Source: an uncultured virus (IMG/VR IMGVR_UViG_2061766007_002383) (Duplodnaviria; Heunggongvirae; Uroviricota; Caudoviricetes). From it: a stretch of 27,445 nucleotides of DNA. The stretch lies in IMG/VR virus record IMGVR_UViG_2061766007_002383; one strand, written 5' to 3'. Numbering within the stretch: position 1 is the first letter of the stretch; each line of letters starts with the position of its first letter. A model generated the notes under the pieces. The model was not told the DNA's origin. It ran no database searches and saw nothing but the letters and a program-made list of their open reading frames with translations. Shown here piece after piece: positions 7,940-17,924 of the stretch. A program made the translations under genes and the position numbers.

Positions 7940-8338
7940 TTATTTAATTTCGTAAGCGATATGTTTTTTAATCGCTTCAATAATATCATATACTACTATT
8001 TTCCAATGCAAGTTTAGGTCTGAATAGAAGTGTAACCAGTCAAAAATTTCTACACTATCAATAGACCATAAATTTACGATTTCATCTTCGGTGAATAAAT
8101 CTGCACCACTTTTCCAGTACACCACTTTAAGATTGTTATCTTTGATTTCATTAATAACATTTTTAATATCTTCTTTTTTCAACAATTCAATTGCTTGTTC
8201 TTTTTCCATATTATCATCTCCTTGTAATTCATCCATTAATGTAATTAATTCGTTGTTGGTTAAGAGTACATTATTTAATGCAATTGGGGAAATTTTATCC
8301 CCTTCTTTTTTATATACTAATTCAATATTTGCTTTCAT
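7940..8338 (-). CDS. Hypothetical protein with internal in-frame SD+ATG at 8209
   Basis: ORF track; GGAGATGATAATATG occurs at both 8338 and 8209. Confidence 0.7.
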   Translation of the reverse strand: MKANIELVYKKEGDKISPIALNNVLLTNNELITLMDELQGDDNMEKEQAIELLKKEDIKNVINEIKDNNLKVVYWKSGADLFTEDEIVNLWSIDSVEIFDWLHFYSDLNLHWKIVVYDIIEAIKKHIAYEIK

Positions 8339-8351
8339 ATTATCATCTCCA

Positions 8352-9104
8352 TTATATACTTCTTACTTCACTTGTAATCAGTTCGTTACAGTATTTACAT
8401 CTTAAATTATGGTCTTTATCTTCGTATGAATGTGCATATACGAATTTTTGATTCACTTCTTCATCATTATTCCAATATTCAATAGTGTTTGCATCTGATT
8501 GATAATAATTATGCATTCCACATTTGCAGTAAATTGGGGCTTCACTTTTAGCATGATAAACTTCTTCTGCCCAGTCTACTTTAAATATATGAATATCAGT
8601 ATATCCACCCCTAGTATCACATCCATTATGAATAGAGATAGCAATATAATCTTCTGAATCATATTCAAACCAAATATATTCAAAACCTTGTGAAAGTAAG
8701 TCTTCTCCATTATATGTATTATCTATTTTACTGCCAAAAAAACTGTTCTTTTCAAATACTTGAAGAATCTTGCTATAATTTGATGGGTTGTTAGTAATGT
8801 CTTCAATATAATACAAGGTATCTTTGCTTAAATTAGGTAGTAATGATTCAAGTATCTGACAGTTTTCATTATATTCCATCAATGACAAATAATCAAATAT
8901 TGGAACAGTAGCAATTAACTCTGCAGTTTTTGTTTCATCGTATCTGTAAGCGAATAATGGTTGTTTGCCCTTTTTGATTTCTTCTTGGTTTTCTTCCCAA
9001 TATCTGCCATATGCATTTCCACTATCCATTGGATGTTTACCAGTTGATTCGGTAAGCATTTCAGTAATTACTTTTTCAGTTGCTTGTTTAATTTCTTCAG
9101 TCAT
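8352..9104 (-). CDS. Virus-type conserved hypothetical protein (MLTExTG.H..DSG.AYGR.W / HxGCDxRGGYT) with C-terminal Zn-ribbon-like Cys
   Basis: Motifs recognised from memory as recurrent in viral hypotheticals; GGTGAT SD. Confidence 0.8.
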   Translation of the reverse strand: MTEEIKQATEKVITEMLTESTGKHPMDSGNAYGRYWEENQEEIKKGKQPLFAYRYDETKTAELIATVPIFDYLSLMEYNENCQILESLLPNLSKDTLYYIEDITNNPSNYSKILQVFEKNSFFGSKIDNTYNGEDLLSQGFEYIWFEYDSEDYIAISIHNGCDTRGGYTDIHIFKVDWAEEVYHAKSEAPIYCKCGMHNYYQSDANTIEYWNNDEEVNQKFVYAHSYEDKDHNLRCKYCNELITSEVRSI

Positions 9105-9360
9105 TCTTATCACCACTTTTAAAATATTTTGTTTGATTTAAAAAACAATATTGATTAAAATTAATATCAACATTATCATATTTTTGAGTTTGTTCAATAA
9201 GGTTATCTATAGTCTGTAAAATACCTTGATGAATCGGTAACCATTCACCAGTACAAAGTAAGCATTGAGTCGCTTCAATTATAGAGTCAACATCATAATC
9301 GACTCCATTTATATAATCTGCCTTAAATTGTTCTAAAAATTTTTTTACTTCTTCATTCAT
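9097..9360 (-). CDS. Hypothetical protein
   Basis: Start moved to MNEEVK (GGAGATGAT SD). Confidence 0.7.
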   Translation of the reverse strand: MNEEVKKFLEQFKADYINGVDYDVDSIIEATQCLLCTGEWLPIHQGILQTIDNLIEQTQKYDNVDINFNQYCFLNQTKYFKSGDKND

Positions 9361-9364
9361 ATTA

Positions 9365-9628
9365 TCATCTCCATCTGCAATCATATTGTTTGTCTTTTTT
9401 ATATTTTTCCATTTCAGATTCGGTTACTTCTTCAACAAATTCTAAATCAAGAGTATCCCAATCTCTTGCAAATTCATCTTCTTCTGTTTCTTTATACCAC
9501 CAGTCAAATACTTCATCTTTTGTTTTAAAATAATTTTTATCAAAACATTGAACAGTATATAATGGTTCATCATCTTCATCTCTGTATCTGCTCCAAAAAC
9601 CTAAAAAGTATTTTCTTTCTTCATTCAT
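9365..9628 (-). CDS. Acidic hypothetical protein
   Basis: Start moved to MNEERK (GGTGAT SD). Confidence 0.75.
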   Translation of the reverse strand: MNEERKYFLGFWSRYRDEDDEPLYTVQCFDKNYFKTKDEVFDWWYKETEEDEFARDWDTLDLEFVEEVTESEMEKYKKDKQYDCRWR

Positions 9629-9633
9629 TGTTA

Positions 9634-9738
9634 TCACCATTCTGATTGTTCTTGTTCTCTATATAATTGTTTGTAGTCTTACCAAGAGTAAAATTCTCCC
9701 ATTGGGTCTGTATACCAATTTCTAGTTAATTTTGTCAT
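9634..9738 (-). pseudogene. 35-codon micro-ORF with in-frame TAA (MTKLTRNWYTDPMGEFYSW*DYKQLYREQEQSEW)
   Basis: Canonical GGAGATGATAAAATG start; frame continues past TAA (9679-9681) to a TGA inside the next SD. Confidence 0.5.
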
Positions 9739-9750
9739 TTTATCATCTCC

Positions 9751-10218
9751 TTATCTATTTCTTGCTCCAAATTTGTAATGATAACTATGGTTATCTATTC
9801 TATCTGATTCTATTCTAATACATTTTCCATTTTTTTCAATTTCTTGCTTATATTCTGAAGGTATATCACTATAATAATTACATTCACCCCAAAAAACTGG
9901 CTCTTCTTTTTGTATTTCTTTAGAGATATAATCTGCTTGTGATTGTAAAAATTCTGCAGTAATAAACCATCTGTATTGCGAACCCCTTCTTGTTGGATTT
10001 AGTGAAACAAAATCATTCATTGCAATATGGCTCATATTATCTTCAATAAGTTTGTAAACATTATTTGGTATATTTTGATTTCTTAATCGCTCATAACAAG
10101 ATTCTCCCCTATATATACCCTTTGTATATAATACTTGATATGATATCATTTCGTTTTCAATCATAAAATTAATTGCATTTTTAATGGCTTCTCTTTTGGC
10201 TTCATTGTATCTTTTCAT
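9751..10218 (-). CDS. Hypothetical protein
   Basis: ORF track; start next to N gap. Confidence 0.7.
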   Translation of the reverse strand: MKRYNEAKREAIKNAINFMIENEMISYQVLYTKGIYRGESCYERLRNQNIPNNVYKLIEDNMSHIAMNDFVSLNPTRRGSQYRWFITAEFLQSQADYISKEIQKEEPVFWGECNYYSDIPSEYKQEIEKNGKCIRIESDRIDNHSYHYKFGARNR

Positions 10219-10421
10219 TTTNNNNNNNNNNNNNNNTTTGATTTATAATGTGTTCTGTTTGTTATCCAATGTCTGTTTTGAAAGCAGTAATGAGAGTTCT
10301 GTGGGAAATCAGTTTCATCCCACATTCTGCTATCTCCATATCTTATCCATATCTGTTTGTATAAGAAATTAATTACTCCATAATTTTTTCTTCTTTTTTT
10401 AAATCCTTTGCCTTGTAACAT
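10215..10421 (-). CDS. Basic hypothetical protein (3' end crosses N gap)
   Basis: ORF track; GGAGATGAT SD. Confidence 0.55.
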   Translation of the reverse strand: MLQGKGFKKRRKNYGVINFLYKQIWIRYGDSRMWDETDFPQNSHYCFQNRHWITNRTHYKSXXXXXXK

Positions 10422-10425
10422 TCAA

Positions 10426-10857
10426 TCATCTCCATTCATAATGGTTATATATATGTGTGCCTTTATCATTTTTAACAAATGTGAAGTCAGTTACCTTAAG
10501 ACAAACAACTAATTGTTCTTGTTTATCGTAAAATTTAATTTTATCTTTACCTATCAAGCAATATGTAGCATAAATAGTGCCTACATTTGTTTCAAAAGGT
10601 TTCAAATTATCTTTCTTTTTATAAAGATATTGGTGTACTTTTTCGATTTCTTGTTCTGCTACTTTATACAATATGTTTGGATTTAGTATTGTTTCAACAT
10701 ATTCATTTATAGCATCACAGATAGAGAGTTCAGAATATTCCCAGTATTGATATCCTTGATAATCGTGTTTAATAAAATCAAATGGGTCTGCATTATTAAC
10801 CCAGTATTTAATTTTTTCAACATCTTCTTCGTATATTTCATCGTATGTTTTATTCAT
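10426..10857 (-). CDS. Hypothetical protein
   Basis: ORF track; AGGTGAT SD. Confidence 0.75.
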   Translation of the reverse strand: MNKTYDEIYEEDVEKIKYWVNNADPFDFIKHDYQGYQYWEYSELSICDAINEYVETILNPNILYKVAEQEIEKVHQYLYKKKDNLKPFETNVGTIYATYCLIGKDKIKFYDKQEQLVVCLKVTDFTFVKNDKGTHIYNHYEWR

Positions 10858-10861
10858 ATCA

Positions 10862-11110
10862 TCACCTTAATCCTAATCTTTTTTCTAGTTCAACTTCTAA
10901 TTCTTTCTGTTTTGATTGGACATAATTAGCCCATTGCCATTCGACTTTGTTTGTATCAAAATCAATGCCATATTCAATACATAAGCCATTTAACCATTCC
11001 AAGTAACCATAGTGATACATATCTTCATATGCATAATTACAGTCTGCCATATGGTTTAATTCGCCATTAGATTCTAATAATTCTTTGTAGTCATCTAATG
11101 TTTTACTCAT
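10862..11110 (-). CDS. Acidic hypothetical protein
   Basis: ORF track; GGATGTGAT SD. Confidence 0.75.
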   Translation of the reverse strand: MSKTLDDYKELLESNGELNHMADCNYAYEDMYHYGYLEWLNGLCIEYGIDFDTNKVEWQWANYVQSKQKELEVELEKRLGLR

Positions 11111-11121
11111 TGTATCACATC

Positions 11122-11757
11122 CTAATTTTTTTCAATTATCATACAAAACCCATTCATTTTGTAAGCATATCCATATGCTCTTCTGTTAATAATATCTTCA
11201 ATTCTTGTTTTAACATTATCCCAGTCATTCATTATCTTTTCAACAAGGTTAGCAATATCTGTGTCTTCGTACATTTCATAATCGCAATAGTCAATAGTAC
11301 ATTCAGTATATTCTTCTCCCATTCGCATTAAATCTAAATCCATACTATCCCAAGTTTGGCAACATTCATCGTGACAGATGATATTGATATGTTCTTTTTT
11401 GCGATGTTTGAGAACTTTTTTATTTAAGAATCTCATAATATCTTTAAACCATATTTTATACTTGTCATCGGCTTTTAATGGACATATTACATATTGAACT
11501 TTTGATTCATTTATTTTATGGATACCACCGAAGTAGTATCCATCTGACTTGTTGTATATCATTAAAAAGTCTTCTGAAAAATAGAAAATTGAATCTTCTT
11601 TTGCAAAGTTATTATTAATCATATGAATAACTTCACTTTTATCTACATAATATTCATATGCATCTTGTAATTCAATACCATTTACAAGTATTAATCCACC
11701 ATTACAATCATCATATTGTCTTGTAAGTTGATATATCTCTTCTTCAGTAAGTGTCAT
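11122..11757 (-). CDS. Hypothetical protein
   Basis: ORF track; start moved to MTLTEE. Confidence 0.75.
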   Translation of the reverse strand: MTLTEEEIYQLTRQYDDCNGGLILVNGIELQDAYEYYVDKSEVIHMINNNFAKEDSIFYFSEDFLMIYNKSDGYYFGGIHKINESKVQYVICPLKADDKYKIWFKDIMRFLNKKVLKHRKKEHINIICHDECCQTWDSMDLDLMRMGEEYTECTIDYCDYEMYEDTDIANLVEKIMNDWDNVKTRIEDIINRRAYGYAYKMNGFCMIIEKN

Positions 11758-11759
11758 AT

Positions 11760-12047
11760 TTACCATTCCTTATTGATGATTTCGCCATTTTCGGCTAATG
11801 TGATTGTTTTATTTGTATTATAGTCTTCACAGTATACATCGCAATTAAATTTTTTGTAATATATAATGCCGATTATTTTATTGTTCTCATCAAAACAGTC
11901 AATTGACATATCTACATAATTAAAGCCGATTTTGTATACTCTAGTGATTACTACTGATTCTTTATTGATGTATACATTTCCATTATGTATGTATTTAAAT
12001 TCATTATATTCGCTAATTTCTTCTCCTTTTTCATTTACTGTTACCAT
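11760..12047 (-). CDS. Hypothetical beta-rich protein
   Basis: ORF track; GGGGGT SD. Confidence 0.7.
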   Translation of the reverse strand: MVTVNEKGEEISEYNEFKYIHNGNVYINKESVVITRVYKIGFNYVDMSIDCFDENNKIIGIIYYKKFNCDVYCEDYNTNKTITLAENGEIINKEW

Positions 12048-12061
12048 ATTATTACCCCCTT

Positions 12062-12253
12062 TTAAAATACTGTATATTCTGTTTCAAAATGTAAATCTCT
12101 TACTAATTTATTCATATTTGGAGATTTATATTCATATTTATCTTTTGTTGTTACAACTACAAGTACATCTTTATTTTTTCTTTCAAAATATCTAATTTCT
12201 TCATCTAATGGAAATTCGTTTAAAAAATCTAAATATCCGTGTATAGTTCTCAT
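12062..12253 (-). CDS. Hypothetical protein
   Basis: ORF track; AGGTGAT SD. Confidence 0.7.
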   Translation of the reverse strand: MRTIHGYLDFLNEFPLDEEIRYFERKNKDVLVVVTTKDKYEYKSPNMNKLVRDLHFETEYTVF

Positions 12254-12270
12254 TTTATCACCTTCTGTTT

Positions 12271-13427
12271 TTATTGTTTGTATTTTCTTTTAATTCTTTG
12301 AATTATATCTTCTTTTGCGAATTTGTATTCATTATTTTCGTTTTTGTCAAATTTTTCAATGATATCTCTAATGTAGTAATAGATATTATCCCATTCTCTT
12401 TGTTCTTGTGTACATAAAACAAGTTCTAATGCTTTATAAATACAGTCACAGTCATCCCATTGTTCATCAAGTTTTTCAAGATAGTTTTTGATGGTTTTGT
12501 CTTCTTCATCAATGGCTTCTTGAACGAAATCGTATCTGTACTTTAAAGAACAGAGATTTTCTGCATTGATTAAATCATCATCATATTCATCATCTTGAAT
12601 ATCTCTCATTGGATGATGGAAAACAATATCTCTTAATTCTTCGTTGTCTAATCTGCCTAAATATGCAGTCGCTTCATCAATTAATCCACTTCTTTGCTTT
12701 ATTTCATATTCATTATTAGCAATTTCATAAAATTTGTTGTCTTGAATTATTTTATGTGCANNNNNNNNNNNNNNNNNNNNNNNNNNNNNNNNNNNNNNNN
12801 NNNNNNNNNNNCTTTATCGTTGATATCATAATAATCTTTCTTTTTGAGCATTTGTAATTGAAGATACTGTAAAAAGTTATCTTCTCCAAAATGATGATAT
12901 ATGTGCCAATTGTTTCTAATAAAATCTTCTGTCGCTTCTTTGTTGTTTTTATATTTAAGANNNNNNNNNNNNNNNNNNNNNNNNNNNNNNNNNNNNNCTT
13001 CGGCTTCATCTGTTAGTCTATAATGCCAAAATTCAAGAAATTGCCAACCACAGTTATCTTCAATATCTTCAATATCTACACTTAATCCCCAGTATTTACT
13101 GTGTTTATCGTAAACATCACAGTATACTTTAATTGATTGCTCTTCAATAGGTTTGAATCGTTCTAAATTTTTTCTACTCTCTTCTGTTGAAGAGCAGTCA
13201 AAATAAACTTGATAACATTGTTCTATATAAAAACCATCTTTTTGCATTGCTTTTATTATGCCTTGTTTAAAATTATCTTTATTATATGTTTCTCCGAAAT
13301 TAATATCATAATTAGATGCATCAATAATTTCTGATTTAGTTTGGTCTAAAGCACCTACTTTTATGCCAAAACTTCTTGCTTCTAATTCATAAAATTCTTC
13401 AATTATTTTATCGATAATGTCAGTCAT
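12271..13427 (-). CDS. Hypothetical protein, about 385 aa; probably one gene broken by two N gaps
   Basis: Frame of 12271..12609 stays open up to the gap at 12761; start MTDIIDK with GGAGATGAT SD. Confidence 0.65.
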
Positions 13428-13446
13428 TGTATCATCTCCTTTAAAA

Positions 13447-13771
13447 TTAAGCATAGAAGACACTTTTGTCTTCTATAGTCATAAAAAGGACTTCCATCCT
13501 TGTTTGATAATTTTTATATATTTGTTCGTATTCTTTCTGTAGTTTCTGTGCATAGCAGAAGATTTTGTGATAATCTCTCTCATTAATAATTTTAATTAAG
13601 TAATTCTTTTCAGAGTTACTTAATTTACTCATTATAAGATTATGTTCAATCTTTTTTTGATTAATGCGAAAGAATCTTCTGTTCTTTGCATTAGCCATTA
13701 CAGAAATANNNNNNNNNNNNNNNNNNNNNNNNNNNNNNNNNNNNNNNNNNGACTCTTCGATATCGTGGCAT
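13447..13771 (-). CDS. Basic hypothetical protein spanning an N gap
   Basis: SD-linked ATG at 13771 (MPRYRRV...); ORF-track frame 13447..13698. Confidence 0.6.
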
Positions 13772-13784
13772 CTATATCATCTCC

Positions 13785-14408
13785 TTAATAATTAAAATGG
13801 TAATAAGTTGGATAAATTATTTGTATAATTGTTTCCAATTCTTCTGTCACTTCTAAATCCCACCAACAGAATCTTGATAATTCTTTTTCTAACCATTCAA
13901 AAAATTCTTTTTGATTGTAAGATTTAATTGTTGGTGTTTTTTTATAATATTCTGTTTTAACAATAAAATATTCATCTTTTTTAATATCCCAATAAAATTT
14001 GTCAATGTAGTCATATTCTATCATATCATCATATAGTTCTGTTTCATCGTGCATAAAGAATAATGGTTGTGTAAAAACTTCAGTACCATCCCCATAACAC
14101 CCAAACCAGTCAGATAATCTATACATTAATGTATTAATTTCTATTGTTTTGAATTCTTTAATTAATTGTTTGGCTACAAAATTATCGTTACTAATGTCGC
14201 ATTCTTGTTTTTCTTTTTCTATTTCATTCATTTTGTCATCATATGATGACCAAGCACAAGCCATTGCATGAGTATATGCATCTTCTTCGTTATATCCAAT
14301 ATCAGTCATTGCATCATATTCTCTTTCGTATGTTGATGCTTTCTCTTCTGCATCGTTATACTCTTCTTCTAACATTTCATAATTTTCTACCATTTCTACA
14401 ATATTCAT
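13785..14408 (-). CDS. Highly acidic hypothetical protein
   Basis: ORF track; AGGAG SD. Confidence 0.8.
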   Translation of the reverse strand: MNIVEMVENYEMLEEEYNDAEEKASTYEREYDAMTDIGYNEEDAYTHAMACAWSSYDDKMNEIEKEKQECDISNDNFVAKQLIKEFKTIEINTLMYRLSDWFGCYGDGTEVFTQPLFFMHDETELYDDMIEYDYIDKFYWDIKKDEYFIVKTEYYKKTPTIKSYNQKEFFEWLEKELSRFCWWDLEVTEELETIIQIIYPTYYHFNY

Positions 14409-14420
14409 TATATTACTCTC

Positions 14421-14888
14421 CTAATAATCGTATCCCATATCTTCGATTTTAATCTCATCATCATCTTCATCATCGTTTTTACGATGAGTTGTAAAAGTAT
14501 GACCAATATCGTTGAATTTTTTGTTTATGTTTTCAAGGATGTATTCGGTGTTTCCTTTTTTCATAATTTTTTGAATATCATCTCTTGTGATTGTGATGTT
14601 TCTTTTACTGTCGGTTAAGCCAAGAAAATCAGTTCTTGGTTCTTTACATCTTACATATTTCCAGTAAGCACTTCCACAAGAAGTTTCTAGTAAAAAATTG
14701 TGTAAGACAATAAGTTCTGTAGCATAAGTGTAATATGCATCAAAAGTTTCACAAGTTTTATCTTCTTTATTATGGTTCATAAAACAGATGATTTTTAATT
14801 GCCCATTTTCAATGATTGGGATAGGTAAAATCCATCTTTGTCTGCTATTTTCGTATCTATTGAATAAGTTTTCTATTGTTAGTTCCAT
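14421..14888 (-). CDS. Hypothetical protein with acidic tail
   Basis: ORF track; GGAGATGAT SD. Confidence 0.8.
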   Translation of the reverse strand: MELTIENLFNRYENSRQRWILPIPIIENGQLKIICFMNHNKEDKTCETFDAYYTYATELIVLHNFLLETSCGSAYWKYVRCKEPRTDFLGLTDSKRNITITRDDIQKIMKKGNTEYILENINKKFNDIGHTFTTHRKNDDEDDDEIKIEDMGYDY

Positions 14889-14910
14889 TTTATCATCTCC
14901 TTAAAGAAAA

Positions 14911-15588
14911 TTATTGGTATGGAATCCAAATGTACATTGCCATTCCATATTCACATCCAATATTCCATTTGCTTAAAGTTACTTTAACTTTATATTCTTT
15001 ATATTTTTCTTCAATCTCTTTTGCAGTCTTTCTTTCAAAATCTCTGATTTCTTGTACTGCATCGAAATATTCATCTGTAAAACCATTGAAAGCAGATTGA
15101 TTAGTATATTCATCTTCAACCACTAAATCGGAAAAATGTTCAAGCATATAGCCATATTTTTCATCGTAGCCATTTAAATTATTGACAGATGATATGTCGC
15201 TATTTGAATCATCATACCAACTATAAATGTAATCGATTTCAATATCGATGTTATCAATGATTTCTTGTGCTACTTTTTGAGTTCTTTCCTTTGCTAAACT
15301 TCTACCTACTGCACGAATGTATTTATCGTTTTCTTCGACAATCCATTCACTAATTTCTTGTTCATTTGTTTCATTTCCATTTTCATCAATATCTGCAATA
15401 AAAAATTTATTTACATTATCAATTGGAATTCTACAACAAGCATAATCTTCTCCTTTATCGTTTGTTTTACCTATAAATACATCACCAAGCCCAACATAGA
15501 CATATGTGATGCCATCGAAGATAACTCCATTTACCATTGCCCATCCACAGTTTGCATCAAAACTAATATCATTTTTTTCGGTTTTCAT
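14911..15588 (-). CDS. Acidic hypothetical protein
   Basis: ORF track; GGAAGTGA SD. Confidence 0.8.
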   Translation of the reverse strand: MKTEKNDISFDANCGWAMVNGVIFDGITYVYVGLGDVFIGKTNDKGEDYACCRIPIDNVNKFFIADIDENGNETNEQEISEWIVEENDKYIRAVGRSLAKERTQKVAQEIIDNIDIEIDYIYSWYDDSNSDISSVNNLNGYDEKYGYMLEHFSDLVVEDEYTNQSAFNGFTDEYFDAVQEIRDFERKTAKEIEEKYKEYKVKVTLSKWNIGCEYGMAMYIWIPYQ

Positions 15589-15599
15589 AATTTCACTTC

Positions 15600-16103
15600 C
15601 TAATTTATGTATATATTAAATAGTGTTTTTCCAAAATCTGATTGATATACACTTACCACATCAGAATGTTTTTGTTGGAATGCTTTTAATCCTTTAATAT
15701 CTTTAGTAATTAAACTGTATCCTTCATCTTCACGATGTAATTCATCATAGAATTTTCCATTTTTTAAATCAGATATTGCTTGATGAATTTTAGTCAGTCT
15801 TGGTGAATTTCTAATGCTTATATATAATTCGCCCCAATATCCATCATATTCAATTCTTTCATTGTCGAAATGGATTCTTCTAATTAATTGTTTTGCTTGT
15901 TCCACTTCTTCTTTAGAGTTAAGAGATTCTATTGCATAGCAATCAAAATGTTCTGAATCTACTTGTGTCGCTTCCACTTCGATATAGAAACTATTATGTT
16001 CTTCTGAAATAACGATTCTTAAATCTTCAATTGGCTCTTGTCGGTAAATATTTTTAGCAGTACCAACAATGTTAATCATTTTTTTTACAATATCTTCTTT
16101 CAT
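15600..16103 (-). CDS. Hypothetical protein
   Basis: ORF track; GGATGTGAT SD. Confidence 0.8.
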   Translation of the reverse strand: MKEDIVKKMINIVGTAKNIYRQEPIEDLRIVISEEHNSFYIEVEATQVDSEHFDCYAIESLNSKEEVEQAKQLIRRIHFDNERIEYDGYWGELYISIRNSPRLTKIHQAISDLKNGKFYDELHREDEGYSLITKDIKGLKAFQQKHSDVVSVYQSDFGKTLFNIYIN

Positions 16104-16121
16104 TTTATCACATCCTTAATG

Positions 16122-16149
16122 AAGTAAGCGATTTATTTATCGCTTACTT
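16122..16149. promoter_or_regulatory. Perfect 11-bp intergenic hairpin
   Basis: AAGTAAGCGAT-TTATTT-ATCGCTTACTT between a stop codon and the next SD. Confidence 0.6.
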
Positions 16150-17912
16150 TATAATGCATATTGACCAGTTGTTCCATACATATGGCAGTAATTATATCCC
16201 CATTCGTTACCAAAATAAGGGTCATCATCAATACCATAAATATCGTGCATTTTTTCGCTTACAATATCATCAATATATTGTTCTGTGAATTTAATAATAA
16301 TGTCTTCTTGAATTCTGCTTGGGTCACCAACAAGGTGTGGGAATGCTATATCGTGAAGATAAGCAGATTTACAAGAGTGTTCTCTGTTTTCGTGGAAATA
16401 TATTTCATTTTTTACTGAATCAATATGGCAGTAAATATATCTTTCATTTTCTTCGTAATCGCCGAACCAATCAATATATCCAACAAGAATATCATTTTCA
16501 TATTCTCTGTTGTTTTGTAATAATCTACCAAGTAGATAATAGCATTTTTCAGATATACTACTTGCTTTAAGTAGATATTCATTAAAGTCTTTTGGCATCT
16601 TCATTTTATATTGACATTCTTTGTGCAATTCTTCTGCGAATTTAATGATATCATAGTTGTCTGTTTGTAGATATTTATTGGCTAATTCAATCGTTAAAGG
16701 ATTGTTGCATTTTGCAATATTGTTTCTTTCGTTTCCAATAATATGGTCAGAGAGAAGTCTTGCTATATATGTGGCAGAGCCAAAACCCATTCCACATTCA
16801 TCTTCACTTGTATCAGACATATAAGCGACAATCATTCTTTTATAATCAATATCATTAATTGTTTTGCCAGTTAGTTTTTCAAAATCTTCGGCTATATCAT
16901 CAAGATATTTCCAAACATCAACATAATATTTGTCTTCTAGGTTGTCGCATTCTTTACCAAATTTAATTAATTGTTTTTGGAATTCTTTAACTGTTTCATC
17001 ATCTGCAACATAATCAAAGACTGGTGTTTTGATATATAATGCAAATAAATAAGCATTAAATAAATCTGTTGAAATGGTTGCTTGATTATCATTTTGGTCT
17101 TCTACTCTCATTAAGCCACCATCCCAGTATACTGAAATATCTTTAGGTTCGGCTTTATCTAATTCATTAAATGCTTTAATAAAAGGTTTCATTTTATCAC
17201 TCCTTTGTTTTGTTGTTTTATTTCTTTTTATGATTTGCCCATCTTCGTAGATATACTCTTCATCTTCCATATTGTTGTAATTCTCATCGTAATATAGTTC
17301 TGCATCTATTCTGTTTAGTTGATATTCATTTGCTAAATCATCTACAAATCGATTATATCTTCGTTTTGACTCCATTGTCGGTTCAAAATATTTTTTTCTA
17401 TAAATAAACCATCCAATGATGTCACTATGAATTTTAAGTTTGTTTTGTACTTTATGTAATCCACTATATCCACATAAGTCTGTTACCATCTGTAATAATG
17501 CGAACATTTCACCAAAACAATCGTACATTCTTTCATTGCTCCCAAAAAATCCACATTCATCATCATTATTTTCGTTACAATATTTACAACTTTTATTTTC
17601 ACAAGGTTGCCATTCTTTCCAAGTATGTACTGGTTTATCGGCTTCGTGAAAACGGGCATCTATTCCCAAAAATACATTTGATGAACGAATAATAGGTTCT
17701 TTTTCCCATCCATCATATGCATCTAGAATTTTAAATTTATCTTCGTTTGGGTTATCTTTGCTATATGCATTGAAGAGATAGTTTCCTTCATCAAACCATT
17801 CAAAATACCAACCCCAATCATATTTTTCGGCTTCTTTTTCTTGTGTTTGTTCATCTAAATTGCACCAGTCATTTACTTCTTTTAAAAACATTACATCTTC
17901 GGTAAAAAACAC
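16149..17912 (-). CDS. 587-aa acidic hypothetical protein, apparent two-gene fusion with internal start at 17192
   Basis: ORF track; internal AGGAGTGATAAAATG in frame. Confidence 0.8.
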   Translation of the reverse strand: MFFTEDVMFLKEVNDWCNLDEQTQEKEAEKYDWGWYFEWFDEGNYLFNAYSKDNPNEDKFKILDAYDGWEKEPIIRSSNVFLGIDARFHEADKPVHTWKEWQPCENKSCKYCNENNDDECGFFGSNERMYDCFGEMFALLQMVTDLCGYSGLHKVQNKLKIHSDIIGWFIYRKKYFEPTMESKRRYNRFVDDLANEYQLNRIDAELYYDENYNNMEDEEYIYEDGQIIKRNKTTKQRSDKMKPFIKAFNELDKAEPKDISVYWDGGLMRVEDQNDNQATISTDLFNAYLFALYIKTPVFDYVADDETVKEFQKQLIKFGKECDNLEDKYYVDVWKYLDDIAEDFEKLTGKTINDIDYKRMIVAYMSDTSEDECGMGFGSATYIARLLSDHIIGNERNNIAKCNNPLTIELANKYLQTDNYDIIKFAEELHKECQYKMKMPKDFNEYLLKASSISEKCYYLLGRLLQNNREYENDILVGYIDWFGDYEENERYIYCHIDSVKNEIYFHENREHSCKSAYLHDIAFPHLVGDPSRIQEDIIIKFTEQYIDDIVSEKMHDIYGIDDDPYFGNEWGYNYCHMYGTTGQYAL

Positions 17913-17924
17913 ATTATCATCTCC

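Noticed and set aside
10300..10324. TGTGGGA/TCCCACA inverted repeat
   Set aside because: Single short stem inside a coding region with no second copy or supporting context
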